Made by a program: the position numbers and the translations under genes
Shown here: positions 44,491 to 58,100 of the stretch, one piece after another
Layout of the letters: each line of letters begins with the position of its first letter
How positions within the stretch are numbered: position 1 is the stretch's first letter
From: Mytilus californianus
Taxonomy: Eukaryota
Assembly (NCBI RefSeq): GCF_021869535.1
Contig: NW_026262681.1
Span: 186,001 to 250,000, forward strand
Direction: 5' to 3'
Length of the DNA stretch: 64,000 nt
The notes under the pieces: generated by a model
What the model was told of the DNA's origin: nothing
Seen by the model: only the letters and a program-made list of their open reading frames with translations
Database searches by the model: none

Positions 44491-45184
44491 AAGTCACAAA
44501 CATTTCTAACACATGTTTTACTTTTTGAAGATACACGTCTATGCTGTATCGAATTTAGATACTTTTTTCCAACTAAGTCACCCCTAAAATGTAAGAAGAT
44601 ACCTAAAGATATGGATACATACAACGAAGAGCAAAAGAGCTCCGGAAGGGACATCAATTTCTATTCTACAAATAGCAACCACCAAGAAACTTAAAAAATA
44701 ATGAACATGAAATTTTCCGTATTGTTTCAATGGTCACTATGTTCCACAAAACCTGTGAGGTTTGCCAACCAATAAAGAATACTAGTAAATGAGAATCGTA
44801 TGTAGATGGTCTTCTCATCCTCAATCCACGAAAAGTTCAAATAATATGGATTGTAGTTTCAAATGATCTCAAAACTGAATTTTTAACTTTTGTGCCTTGA
44901 CTTTTTGTCCAACATTCTTCCCATCATCAATCCCATGGGATGTTTAAAAGTTGGTAAATCAAATTCAAAGATTATTTCTGGCAGTCGTGTTTTTTTTTCA
45001 TCCTAATTTGGATCATTTGTAGAAGCTCTTCTAAAACATTCCTACAAAGTTGGGTCGGACCCGAAGATTCAGTGGGGATTGATTGGTTGGTTGTTCCTAC
45101 AAAGTTTGGTTGGACCAGATGATTCAGTAACGATTGATTGGTTGGTTGTTCCGTGTTTACCGTTCAGTAGCAAACATTTTATGT

Positions 45185-45705
45185 ATATTCAACAGCGCCT
45201 GCATATGGAGTATATATCTCCCAGTTGATACGATATTCCAGAGCTTGCATTTCCTTGATAGAGGGTTGCTGCTCACAAAGAAGCTATTAAACCAAGGGTT
45301 CCAAGTGGTGAAGTTGAAATCATCCCTCCGAAAATGTTATGGACGCCATCATGAGTAAGAAAATTCTACGGACGCCATCATGAGTTGGTTAACCGTTATG
45401 GAATATTTGTATCACAGATGACAACGGATATGTACCAGTTGTCGTAACTACAATCCCGTCCCCTTTTCCCCGAATGTGACCTACCGAATTAGACTCATCA
45501 CCGGGTTTGTACTAACATGAGCAACACGACGGGTGCCACATGTGGAGCAGGATCTGCTTACCCCTCCGTAGCACCACAGTTTTTGGTTGGGTTCATGACG
45601 CTCAGTCTTTAGATTTCTATTTTGTGTACTGTTGTTTGTCTTTCTTTTTTAACCATGGCGTTGTCACTTTATTTTCGACTTATGAGTTTGAATGTCCCTT
45701 TTATA
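45185..45705 (+). mobile_element. Penelope-like RT C-terminus and 3' UTR fragment
   Basis: APAYGVYISQLIRYSRAC (one frame) and FLDRGLLLTKKLLNQGFQVVKLKSSLRKCYGRHHE (ORF 45134..45358). Confidence 0.8.
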
Positions 45706-46504
45706 GTATATTTCTCCTGTTTTATAAAATCTACAATTAAGTCAGAATGGCTCAAATTGTCAGTCAGCCCTTGATAGAAGTTATTGTCCTTAATTGGCGA
45801 TATTTAACCAATCTTTGGCGAATTTGCCCATTATTTTGAAAACTAATAATATAAATAGAAACTTTAAAAAGCAAAATTGATCAGCAGGACAAGATCTACA
45901 AATATGTTAGCGTTGGCAGTTAAGTTATTGCTTTTAAATGAAGATTTTTACCTAATTTTTCCCTTTTTTTGGCAAAAATTTTAGTTGATAAAGAAAAACT
46001 GTAAACAGCAAAAAATGATCAGAATGAGAACATCGTGAATGACGATTTTTATCCGTATTTTTTCCATTTTGGGTATGAATTATAAAAAATAGAAAGTGTA
46101 AGGGTAAACTGAACAGCATGACATGATCAACAAAGTGATTTTAGACATGAATTATAAAATAGATTATTCAAGTCTACAATGCTGGAGAGTGGCCATTGTT
46201 GAAGATGCATATAGATCCAGGTGATCCGCATAGGCTTTTTAGAGCCTCTAGTTTTTAAAGCAGTGTCTGTCAGTAGCCTTGTCCGATCGGAATGGGAACG
46301 TTAAATCCACTGCCCAGAGTAAGGTGAGTGCCACGCATTTAAAAAAAACTCTTGCGACAACTACCTGATGTGGTATGCTGCAATGCAAAATGTCTGTCTT
46401 TATCCAACATAACCTCACTTTCCAGTGGTATTTTCAACATTTCAATCCCGGTCAACCTACATTGTAGGACTTACCTATCGTATTAATTGTTAATATGTTC
46501 TCGT

Positions 46505-47245
46505 CCTGGAAAAGAGAGACGAAAGATACCAAAGGGACATTCAAACTCATAAGTCGAAAACTGACAACGCCATAGCAAACAATTGTACACAAAACACAAC
46601 ATAGAAAACTAAAGACTGAGCAACACTAACCCCACCAAAAACAAGGGGTGATCTCAGGTGCACTGGTCGGGATAAGCAGATCCTGATCCACATGTGACAC
46701 CCTTCGCGTTGCTCATTTAAGTACAAGCCCGATGATAAGTTTACAATTTGGTAGATCACATTCGTGAAAAGGAGGACGGGATTGTGGTCACCACAAATGG
46801 AACATATCCGTCGTCATCTGTGAAACAGGTATTCCAAAACGATCAACTAACTCGTGATGGCGTGACTTCCATAACATTTTTGAAGGAATGATTTCAACTT
46901 CGATCGCCACTTGGAACTCTTGGTTTAATAGCTTCTTTGTGAGCAGCAACCCTCTGTCAAGGAAATGATGATAGGAAATTCAGACCCTAGAATATTGTAT
47001 TAACTGGGAGATATATATTCCCTATGCAGGCGCTGCTGGAATGTCGCTACTTAGAAATGGAAATTTCACAATTGGGAAGCTGAAATCATCTCATTTGTCG
47101 TAAAGTTTTGTTTTCAACCGACCCTCATTGTCAATTTCTAGATGTAAGTCAAGATATGATATGAGGCAGACTTAACTGTATCTGTTGTATCCTTGATCTC
47201 AAGTTCGATGGGATAGATGCGTTTAACATAGATACCAATATCTTG
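46505..47245 (-). mobile_element. Penelope-like RT C-terminus and 3' UTR fragment
   Basis: Minus strand encodes DLHLEIDNEGRLKTKLYDK.DDFSFPIVKFPFLSSDIPAAPA; homologous to 45185-45705 and 25030-25740. Confidence 0.85.
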
Positions 47246-47279
47246 CTAATAATAATTTGCTACTAAAATTTCTAGGCAA

Positions 47280-49245
47280 AAACGCAAAAAATGTAAAATT
47301 GGTCAGTTAAGGGCAATAACTCCTGTTAGGAGTCAAATCATACTTGCTAATCATTCTTTTTATTATAGTTTCCAGATAAAATGTTCAAACGGAGAAAAAA
47401 AAACACGTAAAAATCGTCATAAAAGGGCAATAACTCCAATAAGGAGTCGACTGACGATTTCGACACCGTAACTTATTTGTAGATCTTGTTTTGTCGATCA
47501 TTTTTGCAGTGTAAAGTAAATTTGTATCTATTATAGTTTTCAAAATAAAAGGCAAAAATGGAAACTAAGAGGCTCACAAGAGAATGGAGGGAGCGCTATT
47601 TGGTAAAAATCAGTCAGTTTGACATTTATGTTTACCTGTACTGCAATCAGTTATGTTTGCTTATCAGTAAATCTTATCTAATGGTATGTTTGTAGATCTT
47701 ATATTGATGATATTTTTTACTGTTTACGCCTATTTATTACGAGATGACAGGCAGAATTATGAAAAGTAGTAAAACATCATCGTGTAAGGGCAATACATCC
47801 TGTAAGGAATCTGTCAATTTGGCCATGTTGACTTATTTGTAGATCTTATTTTGCTTTTAAAAGTTTTTATCAATCTAATATGGTTGTTGACAAAAATGCA
47901 AAAATAGTTAGAATCATAATTTAGCGGAAATAACTCCTATAAGGGGTCGGTTCACAATTTCGGCCATGTTGACTCATTTGTAGATCTGATTGTGCTGAAC
48001 GCTTTTGCTATCTACTGTTTCTCTCTATCTTTCACGGGCAATAACTCCTCTAAGGGTTAAATCGATAATTTCGAAGAGATTGACTTATTTTGCTTAAATG
48101 TTTTTTTCCGATATATTGATGCACTTAGTTTGCTTAAATGTTTTTTTCCCATATATTGATGCACTCTTTCTATTATGGCTTAGATAAAAAAAAAAAAAAA
48201 AACATAAAATGGGTAAACATGGTTTTTCAGTGGCTCAGGAGTCAGTTGACAATTGCGGCCATATTGACTTGTTTGTAGATCTTTTTGTGTTGAACATCTT
48301 TGATATTTACAATTTCTCTCTGTTGGGGTGCCAACAAACAATGCATATAATATGTAAAAACCATCTTTAAAGGTCAATATCTCCTATTATAGGGTACTTG
48401 ACAATTTTTGCCCTGTTGATTTACTTGTAGATTTTAATTTGCTGAACATTTTGCTATTTACAGTTTCTCTCTATCTATTATGGTTCCTCCAGAAATTGGG
48501 TAAAAATTCTCTTTCAAGGGCAACAACTCATATATTTCTTTCATGTTGAGTTATGTGTATATCTTATTTAACTGGTCATTATTACTCTTTAAAATTTATC
48601 TCTACTTATCTATTATAGTTTTCAAGATAATCAAAACTTCGAAATTTGCAAATATTTCAGGGGCAATAACTCCAAAGTAGATTGTCTCTTTTCCCTGAAA
48701 ATAACACAGGAGATAGACCTTGACCTGCTGATCATTTTTACCCTTCAGTTTTGCAGATACAAACCAAAAACTGCATTCTTAAAATTGACATTACAGGGGC
48801 AACATCTACAAGAGAGTGATGGCAAAAGCTCGCCACATTGCATATTAGGCCAGATGAGCTAAAGATGGTAAATTCGTCATTTAAGTTTAAAAACTATACG
48901 AAGACAATTCAAGTTTTGATTTACATGGACAGTAGGTAGATCTAAATATTGTTTACAAAGGTATTCCTGTCTAATTTCTATAGTGGTTTTCAAAATAATA
49001 GACAAAATTTGCATGTTGCCCACATGTTCTAGTTATAGCAATATTGGCCATGTTGGCTGGCTGGGTGAATCATCAGACATATTTTTAAATTACATACCCC
49101 AATGATAATTATGGCAAATTTTGGTTCCAATTGGCCCAGTTGTTTTAGAAGAGAAGATTTTGTAAAAGTAAACAGACAACAACAACTGACTGACCCAAAG
49201 TGATGAGAATAACGCACAGGACCCTTTTAGGTCAGGTGAGCTTAA
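47280..49245 (+). mobile_element. Decayed Helentron-type element(s) with ~9 diverged satellite-like monomers
   Basis: Recurring AGGGCAATAACTCC...GTTGACTTATTTGTAGATCT motif every ~115-160 bp; two 3'-terminal hairpin regions at ~48820-48865 and ~49195-49245. Confidence 0.65.
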
Positions 49246-49334
49246 AGCGTCAGAAGATATCAAATGGGGAATCAAAACTCATAATTGGGAGAGACCAATA
49301 AAATCATGACAATAAATAACAAAAGACAAAGAGT

Positions 49335-49570
49335 CTATAAAACACTACTGAGCAACACAAACCAAACAAAAAACCAGGTGTGGTATCAGGTGCTCTGGAT
49401 ACTCACCCGAGGTAGACAAATCCTGCTCAACATGTGGCATTCTTCCTGTTGCTGGTGGTAAGTATAAATTCTAAGATGTAACAATTGAGGAAAAAAGGAC
49501 AGGAGTGTGGCTAAGACAATTGGAACACATATGTGGTCATCTGTCACACCTATATTACATTACAGTCAAT
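49335..49570 (-). mobile_element. Degraded Penelope-like 3' UTR fragment
   Basis: CTGAGCAACAC...TCAGGTGCTCTGG...TCCTGCTCAACATGTGGCA homologous to 46615-46830. Confidence 0.6.
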
Positions 49571-52092
49571 CATCTCATTACTTGCTTTTTATTGCAGGAT
49601 TGTAAAATTAAGCCTTTTATCATGATAAACCTTTTGTGAAGGTTAAAAGGATATAATATAGAATAACAGCTGTTTAAACTTGAATACTACAATGTATATA
49701 TGTCACACAAAATAATATTTGGGTTAAAATACAAATGACTTGGCTATTTCAAACTTTCCATATTAAAGCTTTTTAAAGATATTCACCATGGTTTTATTCA
49801 AATCTATTTCAGATTAAGTCTGCTAGGAATGTCTAGAATAACTGAAACAACTTTTGTACTTAAAGTTTATTTTATAATTTAGACATTTTAAATGTAGTAC
49901 ATGAACCACTGAAAGAATAAATGATTTTTTCCAACATTTTAAAATGCATTAACAAAACATTCTTACTCAAAAATAAATGTAGCAATATTTCTTATTCATA
50001 AATCAGAAACAGATGTAATACTAAAGATTTTTATTATTCAGGAACTTGAGTGTGGTTGCTGCTTCTTTGTCATTCCCCAAATGTCCTGCTATTCATTATT
50101 TTTAAACATTTACCTGTGTTATTACCTACAGGTACATTTACAATACATTATTTGGTGAATTCAAACTTCAAGACGTTAAGTATTGATAATGTTCTCTGCT
50201 TCAAATTCAAAATAACAACACATATAAAAATAAAATTTTAATAGAGTGTAAAAAAGATCAAAATAATTTTAAAGAAAAAGATGGAACTTTGTGATTGTTT
50301 TTGAGATGTACTGGTTTAAATATTTGAAAAACTACAATTTTGACAGAAAAAGAGGTATCTGGATTTTTCAAATGATATGTTCAGGACATTTTGAATGTAA
50401 AAGTGTATGAAAAGTGTAACTAGCTAACAAGAATTTGGAAATATTCTGGCAATAATGCGTTGGAAATGTAGATTTCTTTTATTCTTTTGTGTCATTGGGT
50501 TTCTGTCTCATGATGTATTCCTTACATCTCTATTCATTCATCAAAAAATATAAATAAATAAGTTGCAAGGCAAATATTTTTAATACTTAATTGCTTCAGA
50601 TAAGTCAGAGGGGTTATGAAGTATAACGGAAAAGGAAAATATGAGAAATACACATCCAGAAAGAACAATTTGACCCCTTTTTCACCAATGACATGATGAT
50701 TTAGATACAAATAGAGATTACCACAATTAGGACAGAACCAGAATATATAATAAGGTAGGACCTGCCACCAAACATTTTACCAATATGTTCTTTAATAACA
50801 GAAAGATTTCATGTTTCGTAAAATAAAACTGTAGCTTAAATGAGTTAGGTGATTGTCTGCTCCTGAATGCAAAGGCAGATTAACTTGTATCATGGAAGCA
50901 CTATATACAATATAGTACTCCATGCTGGTACATTTTTACTAACAATATAAGAAAAAGTAATAATAATTTTTTGTTTTCAGAAATTAATTCTATAAAGATC
51001 TAATTGTTCACAATCAACTTTCTAACATGTTAATGTAAAATTACTGACTATTTAATACAACCTACAGGTTAAATAATTTAGAAAGTTAGTGCACTAATTT
51101 TGAGACAATTGCAATTAACAATTATTAGGAAAAGAACACTATAGTTGAGAGTTTTATAACTATCAGATGATCAGTCTATATATTGAATGCCATTTTTTAT
51201 TTACTTTTGCAGAAAATGACTAAAGGCATGTATTTTATGTAATTTTTCAAGTTAGATATACTCATTTTGGACATCCCATAAGTAAAATCTCATTAATGAG
51301 ATTCAAGAGAGGGTGTTTTACACATGGATTGGAAGCTAAGAAGGGATACAATTTCTGGGTTATGTGACTTGGATTATTCCAGAGAAAACTGTATGTATTA
51401 AGCACTGGGGAAAACACTGTAAGGACTGTAAGAAGGGTAGGAATTTTATGATTTTTAGAAAGAAATATCTCAGATTTCCTACTGTAAAATTGGCATGAGT
51501 AAATGGTGTGAGATGCGAGTAACTCCCTCTCCCATCTTTACAATTCATCTGAAATAAATCTAGCTTTTTGCAAACTAAAGATAGGGGGGGGATTTTTAAC
51601 TGACAAGGAAGATAGCTGAGAGGATTGACATTTTTTTTTTTAACCTGAATGAAAACCATTTATACTAATGATATAAATTAGTACCAATTAAACAAAATAG
51701 TTATACAATTAACATTAAATATTATGTACAACTAATCACTGTACTTTGCAATGCTGGTACACTGCAAAACCTTATAACATAGCCGGAATGACTCTGTTTA
51801 TAAAAATTTTACTTAATTAATATCTTTGTGGGAAAATCTTTCATCTGGATGTAGAAGTATTCATATGATTTATTCAAAGTCTCAATTTAGTCTCCTCTCT
51901 TTGACTAAATATATTGCATCTTATTTTATTCTCATGAATTCAATGAACTATTGTTCCTACAGTGCTGTTTCCAGAATCTTCTTTAATTGTTTTGTCAGCA
52001 AGAAATGAAAGTGTTTTCATTGTCTGTTAAGCAGGTTTTCCATTCTACTGCTCTTTGAATAATAAGATGACCAAAATTAATATAAATTCCCA

Positions 52093-52110
52093 TCAATTTC
52101 CATATTTGTC
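52093..52110 (-). CDS. ARFGAP2/3: ARFGAP2/3 terminal coding exon: DKYGN*
   Basis: TTTTTTTTCAG acceptor; resembles the vertebrate DRYGS(Y)* terminus. The largely repeat-free AT-rich region down to ~49.6 kb is a candidate long 3' UTR. Confidence 0.85.
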   Translation of the reverse strand, partial: DKYGN

Positions 52111-55100
52111 CTGAAAAAAAAGACAAGTAAATGTAAATAATATGTAATATATTCTATGCTATATCATCTACATTTCTAACCAACAATCACAACATGTATC
52201 TACAGTTTCTTTACCACAGATCACAGAAAAGTAATAAAAAATAAAAATGGTCCTTTTTATTTACATTATACATGTTTCCACTACAATAAAAATGATTAAA
52301 GGTTTATTAAACAGATCAGATATATTCATTATTTGAAGTGCCTTGATTTTGTATATTAAAGAACATACTGTAAATTCAGAAATTTATGTGTGTAATTATT
52401 ATTGTGAATGTGGAACAATATATGAAATTTGGAGCAGGGTTGGAAAACTTATACTGTTGCATATTTCGAAATGATAAAAATATTGCAAAATTTTCTGAAT
52501 TTAGTTATCTTAATTCTAAAATATTATTAACAAGGAAATGCTGAAATAATAGTAAAACCCTACTTTATTTCTTATTTTCCCATGCTTTAAACACTTCTGT
52601 TAATTTAGAAATTAATGTGTGCATTTTTTATTGCAAATTATTAAAGAATGGACAAAAATGTGAGATTCATTATTGCGATTTCAGGAAAATTTGCATACAG
52701 ATATATGGATTTGATATCAGAATGTGAGTTGTATATATAGCGAATCTCACCTAGTCACATTAATTGCATTAGTAAAAACCTCACCATAATTTCTGAAATC
52801 TTAGAGAAATGCCAAAAAATACCATGTATAATACAAATTTGATGATATCACAATGTGTTTTGTACAAACAAGAATGACATTGTTAAACTTTACACACCAA
52901 AATGTCATCTAGGTAAAATCTCTTATAACCCATGATATCAGATTCAAATAATTTCTAGCTGAAGGTATTTTGTTTTTTATCATTTTTATCATTTGTAAGT
53001 ATATTTTGATTTAGTCCGACAGAAAAATAAATATTAAAATTACATGAATATTCTTTGAAATAAAACAATTCTGTTTTTAAGAAAAAGTTAGTTGTTGTTG
53101 AGTTCACAAGTATATTTCAAAGCTTGCAAGATAGCTTTAAAGATATATCTATTTAACTTTTTGATTTAATAAATAACTGAAATTCCTAGAATTTATTATA
53201 GATTTGATATTGTGACAAATAAAGCATATTACAAAGTATGTGGCAAATATAGTGCTTTTTATATCAACAACTTAAGCAAAAAAATTAGGTTAAAACAAGC
53301 ACTGAGAAAATCCACTGCAAGAAAGATAAGCAAATATATTCTGTAATCAATTTTTTTTCCTGTTTTACCAATATTTTAGTTAAAAAAATCCAAAGAAAGT
53401 TCATACACCTTTAAACATTAAAAGCTAAAAAAACTGAAACAATGGTGAATGTTATGTGTGAAGCTGTAGAGTGCACTGGTATTTAATTAGTTTAAAGTCA
53501 CTATATTAAAACCTTCCTAAATTTTGCCAATGATTCTCAAGTTTCTGTATTGGATACTACTTTTGTGAGTAACATTATATTTGTTATTTCAATATCCCCT
53601 CTTAGCAAAAGACAGTATTACCCTCCCTTTCCCCAACCTTGCTAGAATAGTTACAAAACGCAGAATGGGATCTTAAACATTTTTTATAATAGCATTATTA
53701 AAGGCAATTATTTTCTGAAATTATTTTAAAGGAAAAAGTTTTGTAGACAGAAGGAAATAATGCTGTTCTAAATTATACAACTTATGTTTATGATTTTATG
53801 CTGGTATGAATGCTGTTCTGTCTGGTCAAATTAACTGTTTAAAACATAGGACTGATGAAGAACTTACTAATTTTCCAATTAAAAAATATTTCTCAAAGCA
53901 CAATTAATATTTTCTATAATAAAAGTTGTGAACAGTGATTGAGTTTACTTAATATTTCAAAATTGTGAATAGAGTAAACAGGAAACTGTATATACTTTTG
54001 TTAAGGCATACTACATTTTCTTGTGTTTTGATGAACCTAAGAAGAAGTGCTGCTACATGGGAGGAATTTATATAAAGAACACATCTCTATGGCAATCTAC
54101 ACAACATCAAATCAGTGCAAAATTAGCACACAACACACCTATAATCTTCTTCTTTATAATATCTTTAATTCTGAAACATAACATAGCAGGCAATGATGTG
54201 ATGTGATGAAAAACAAACAAAATAAAAGATGAATAAGTGTTTTAAGCTGTATGTGAATAAATCAAATTGTAAAAAAGATTATTTTTTCTATGCAAGCAAA
54301 AATTATAATAATAAGTGCATTGTTTTTTACTTTAAAGCTGTATCCCCAGACATCAAATTATCCAATAATGTACACTTCCTCAATCAAAACAAGTACATCT
54401 TTTATATGCTTTAACTGGATCTTTTAAGTATTCAGCTTTAAGTTATCAATTTCAATAAATCATTTGAGAAAAATAAAGAACTTTTCAATCAAAATGGTGA
54501 ATTTGAATGTGGTGATGAAAATTGAAGATTTAATAGACACATTACTATATGGGTATATGGTATTCAATTCTTTTTTTCCCCTTAACATTCTTCATTTCTT
54601 GATTTAGCAGTTTTCTAAGTTGGAAGGTCATTCAGAATTGTTTATCATAAATTTTGTCAAAATATTATCTAGAAGAATTCAAGTACATTACGACTTTTTT
54701 TAAAATCCATTCTTGAAACCATATCCTACATAGTTGTGGAAGAGTTTTACTTCAGAATAAATGGGCAATGTGTCCATGGGACACAGATTATGCCCCCGCT
54801 TGCATATAATGTTATAAAGGGATATAACTCCAGAACTGTAAAAGTGACGCTACCCAAATTACGGAAACAAAAAATTCAGCAATTTTTCCATTTGTAGAGG
54901 GGCATTACTCTAGAACAGCAAAATGGAGGCCACCAAAATTCGAACTTGATCTGTGTTTTGTGGTAATTAGCATTGTGTATAAGTTTCATAACATTTGGTT
55001 GAGGAAAACTAAAGTAAGAAAATGGAAATGAAAAATTCAGCAATTTTTCCATTTGTAGAGGGGCATAACTCTAGAACGGCAAAAGTGACGCCACCAAAAT

Positions 55101-58100
55101 TCAATCTTGATCTGTGTTTTGTGGTAATAAGCATTGTGTATAAAGTTTCATAACATTTGGTTGAGGCAAACTAAAGTTAGAGAACGGAAACCAATTTTGG
55201 GACGTACGTACAGACTGACAAGGGTAAAACTTAATGCCCCCTCCACTATGGCGGGGGCATAAAAATGGGGAATTGGGAACTGTTTTTTTGGGAGCGTGTT
55301 CAAATTCTACATCATTATTCCTGTTGTCTTGATAGCCCCCCTTTATTTCTATTGTATAAACAGAGATTTTAAAGATGGTCTACTTGTATCACCCTCTAAC
55401 AAGAGTTTATTAATTAAATATATATTCTATTATCAAACTTTTTTGTACAATTGGAAGACTTCCATCGCTTCACTGACCTTAGGCCTGATGTTTGTGAGTT
55501 TGCTCACTCAAGTTCTCCCATTACCAATTAAACATATTTTAAGCTGAGGTCAATTTTGATAATGCTTATTTTTAAAACTTATGTCTTTTGTGTTTACTAC
55601 CAATCATTTTAAACTGCAATCAAAAGTTCTTCTTCCCAAACTTTTTTAATAGAACCAACCCAAACATTAGAAATTTTCCATAGATATCAATAAAGATGGC
55701 AACAAACACACAAAGTAAATAATGAAGTAAGAACGAAGCAATCAATACACTTAACAATTATTCAATAACACAGGACGAAAGCATCAAAGGAATTCATATC
55801 ACCATATGCATGCAAAGCATACAAAATTAATTATGTGACAATATTTCACCTATGTAGTTAGTGCAAACGCAAAGCTCAAGATTTTCTCTGAAATAAATAA
55901 AACAGTTGATGTAATAGTAACTTATTGACCTCTAAATGTCTTTTAGTTATTTGTGTTGTCAGGTTGATGTCTTATTGATGTATACCCACATCTCTTATTC
56001 ATATCTATTGGACTGATTTTTTTAGTGAACAATACTATTTTGAATAATGCATGCAATTTTCTGCTGATTTACATTTTTTCTCAAAATATACAACTGGTAT
56101 CACCTTATTAAAATGCAGTTAATTTATATCAGCTGGAATTATGACTTAGAAAACGATAAAATTTCAGTTTTTTCGTACTTTAAAGTTGGCGTGTATATGA
56201 AGTGGTATCTTAAAACCAACATGCTACTTCATTCATATTTACACAATTTTTAAAATATTTTTTGTTCTAATAAAACATAATAAATAAATTTGGTGTATTT
56301 ACTGTCTTCTGATTGGTTAAAAGTATTACGTTTATTTTCAATGTTGTCAATTTTTATGGCGACATGCCCTCTCTGACGTTATGTATTCATACACCAACAT
56401 GTGTGTACGTTGTTATTGTTAATATAAATAATATAAAAAGCTCTTAGAGCCTTATTTTTGATAGAAATTTATTTATAATGAATGACAATAATTTATTTTG
56501 AATTTATTGAACCATAAAATTAATTTTTGACTCTTCACATTTTACATAATACGCTTCGCGGATTATTCAATGTGAAGAGTCAAAAATTAATTTTATGGTT
56601 CAATAAATTCAAAATAAATAATAGTCATTCATCAAATGACTTTTAAAATTTAGCAGAACCTCATATAAGAATTTTGATCTGTATGCTTATTTACTGAAGA
56701 TTGCATTTCAGATGAAACACATAAAATGTAATGAACTTCTTGTTTCATGCTAATCATAAAAAAAAAGAATTTCAAATAAAAATTAAAATATTCAATATAG
56801 TATGCTAACGTGTATTACTATATGTTTATTTGGATAATCAAAATCACTCAAATGATTTAATATTATATTTGGATAAATATAAATTATATATAGAAGAAAA
56901 TCATAACAATTACAGCAAATACTTTTTTTTTCTGAATAAACGTTGTCATGCATTATAGTAATATGTTATCCACTTGGTATTTCTACCCCTGTACATGTAC
57001 ATGTATGGTGTATTCTAACAAACAAGGTGTGAGTACTTAGAACAATAAAGCAACACATAGTATATAGACAACTTCTGTGTAAACCTACTAGCATATGATA
57101 GTGAAAAATAGTTTAAGAGGGGAGATAACTACATAAATACTAACCTGTAAAGATGTCATAACACCACTGGCTATAGACGATATTTTTCCTGCTACTTTAG
57201 TAACACCTTGTCGTACACCATCTTTAATCTCTTGTAAATCGGGACCACTATTATAAGATCTATTTTTAGAGGAATTGTCACCAAAATAATCATCACTAGA
57301 TATACTGTTACTTCCTTGAAATTTCTGTAAATTTTGTTTGGTTTCAAACTACAACAAAAAAATTCAAATTTAATACAATTTATAAATACTAAGACAGAAA
57401 TCATGATAGATGTAATTAAGTCTTGTGAAGTGTTTGATGAATTTTGAATATACATGTATCAATCCATGAAAAAATAACTAATACAACAAAGATATCTCCC
57501 TCATTTAAAAAAAAATAATGTCTTTTTAATTTCTCATTTTTCCTACTTACAAAATGTGTGAGGGGTTCACTTTTGAACTATTTGATGAGTTTTCTGCTAT
57601 ACTGGAAGTCCGAACTTCAATGTCTGTTTGTACAACTATGACTGAAAACAATTCCAATTATTTACTGTTTCAGAGTTTAAAGGATGAGTATTTTCATTTT
57701 TTGTACCACAAAATGAAAATAATGTCATGTCATTGGTTTAATTTCCATTGTTTAGAACATTACTGACCAATAATAAGGTATTGAAAATATCACCCAGAAT
57801 GCATTAAGATTCTGAAACTGTGAATTGAAAGCTGAAAACAGAGATCAGTTATTCTTTTCATATCTAAATATCCCCTCACACACCACACAGGCAGAGACAT
57901 AAATGCCTTTACATATGGATATTTATATAAAAGATAACACAATTACAATTTACTGGAGTATAAGTACTGATCTACATACATCAGAATCTCGACCTCCAAA
58001 ATACTGGTCTGATGAAATGGCTTTGGCATTCCCAAATTTTTTCTGTGCATCTTCTGAAGATGATGTTGTATTATAATCATAAGCCTTTCTACTTCTACTT

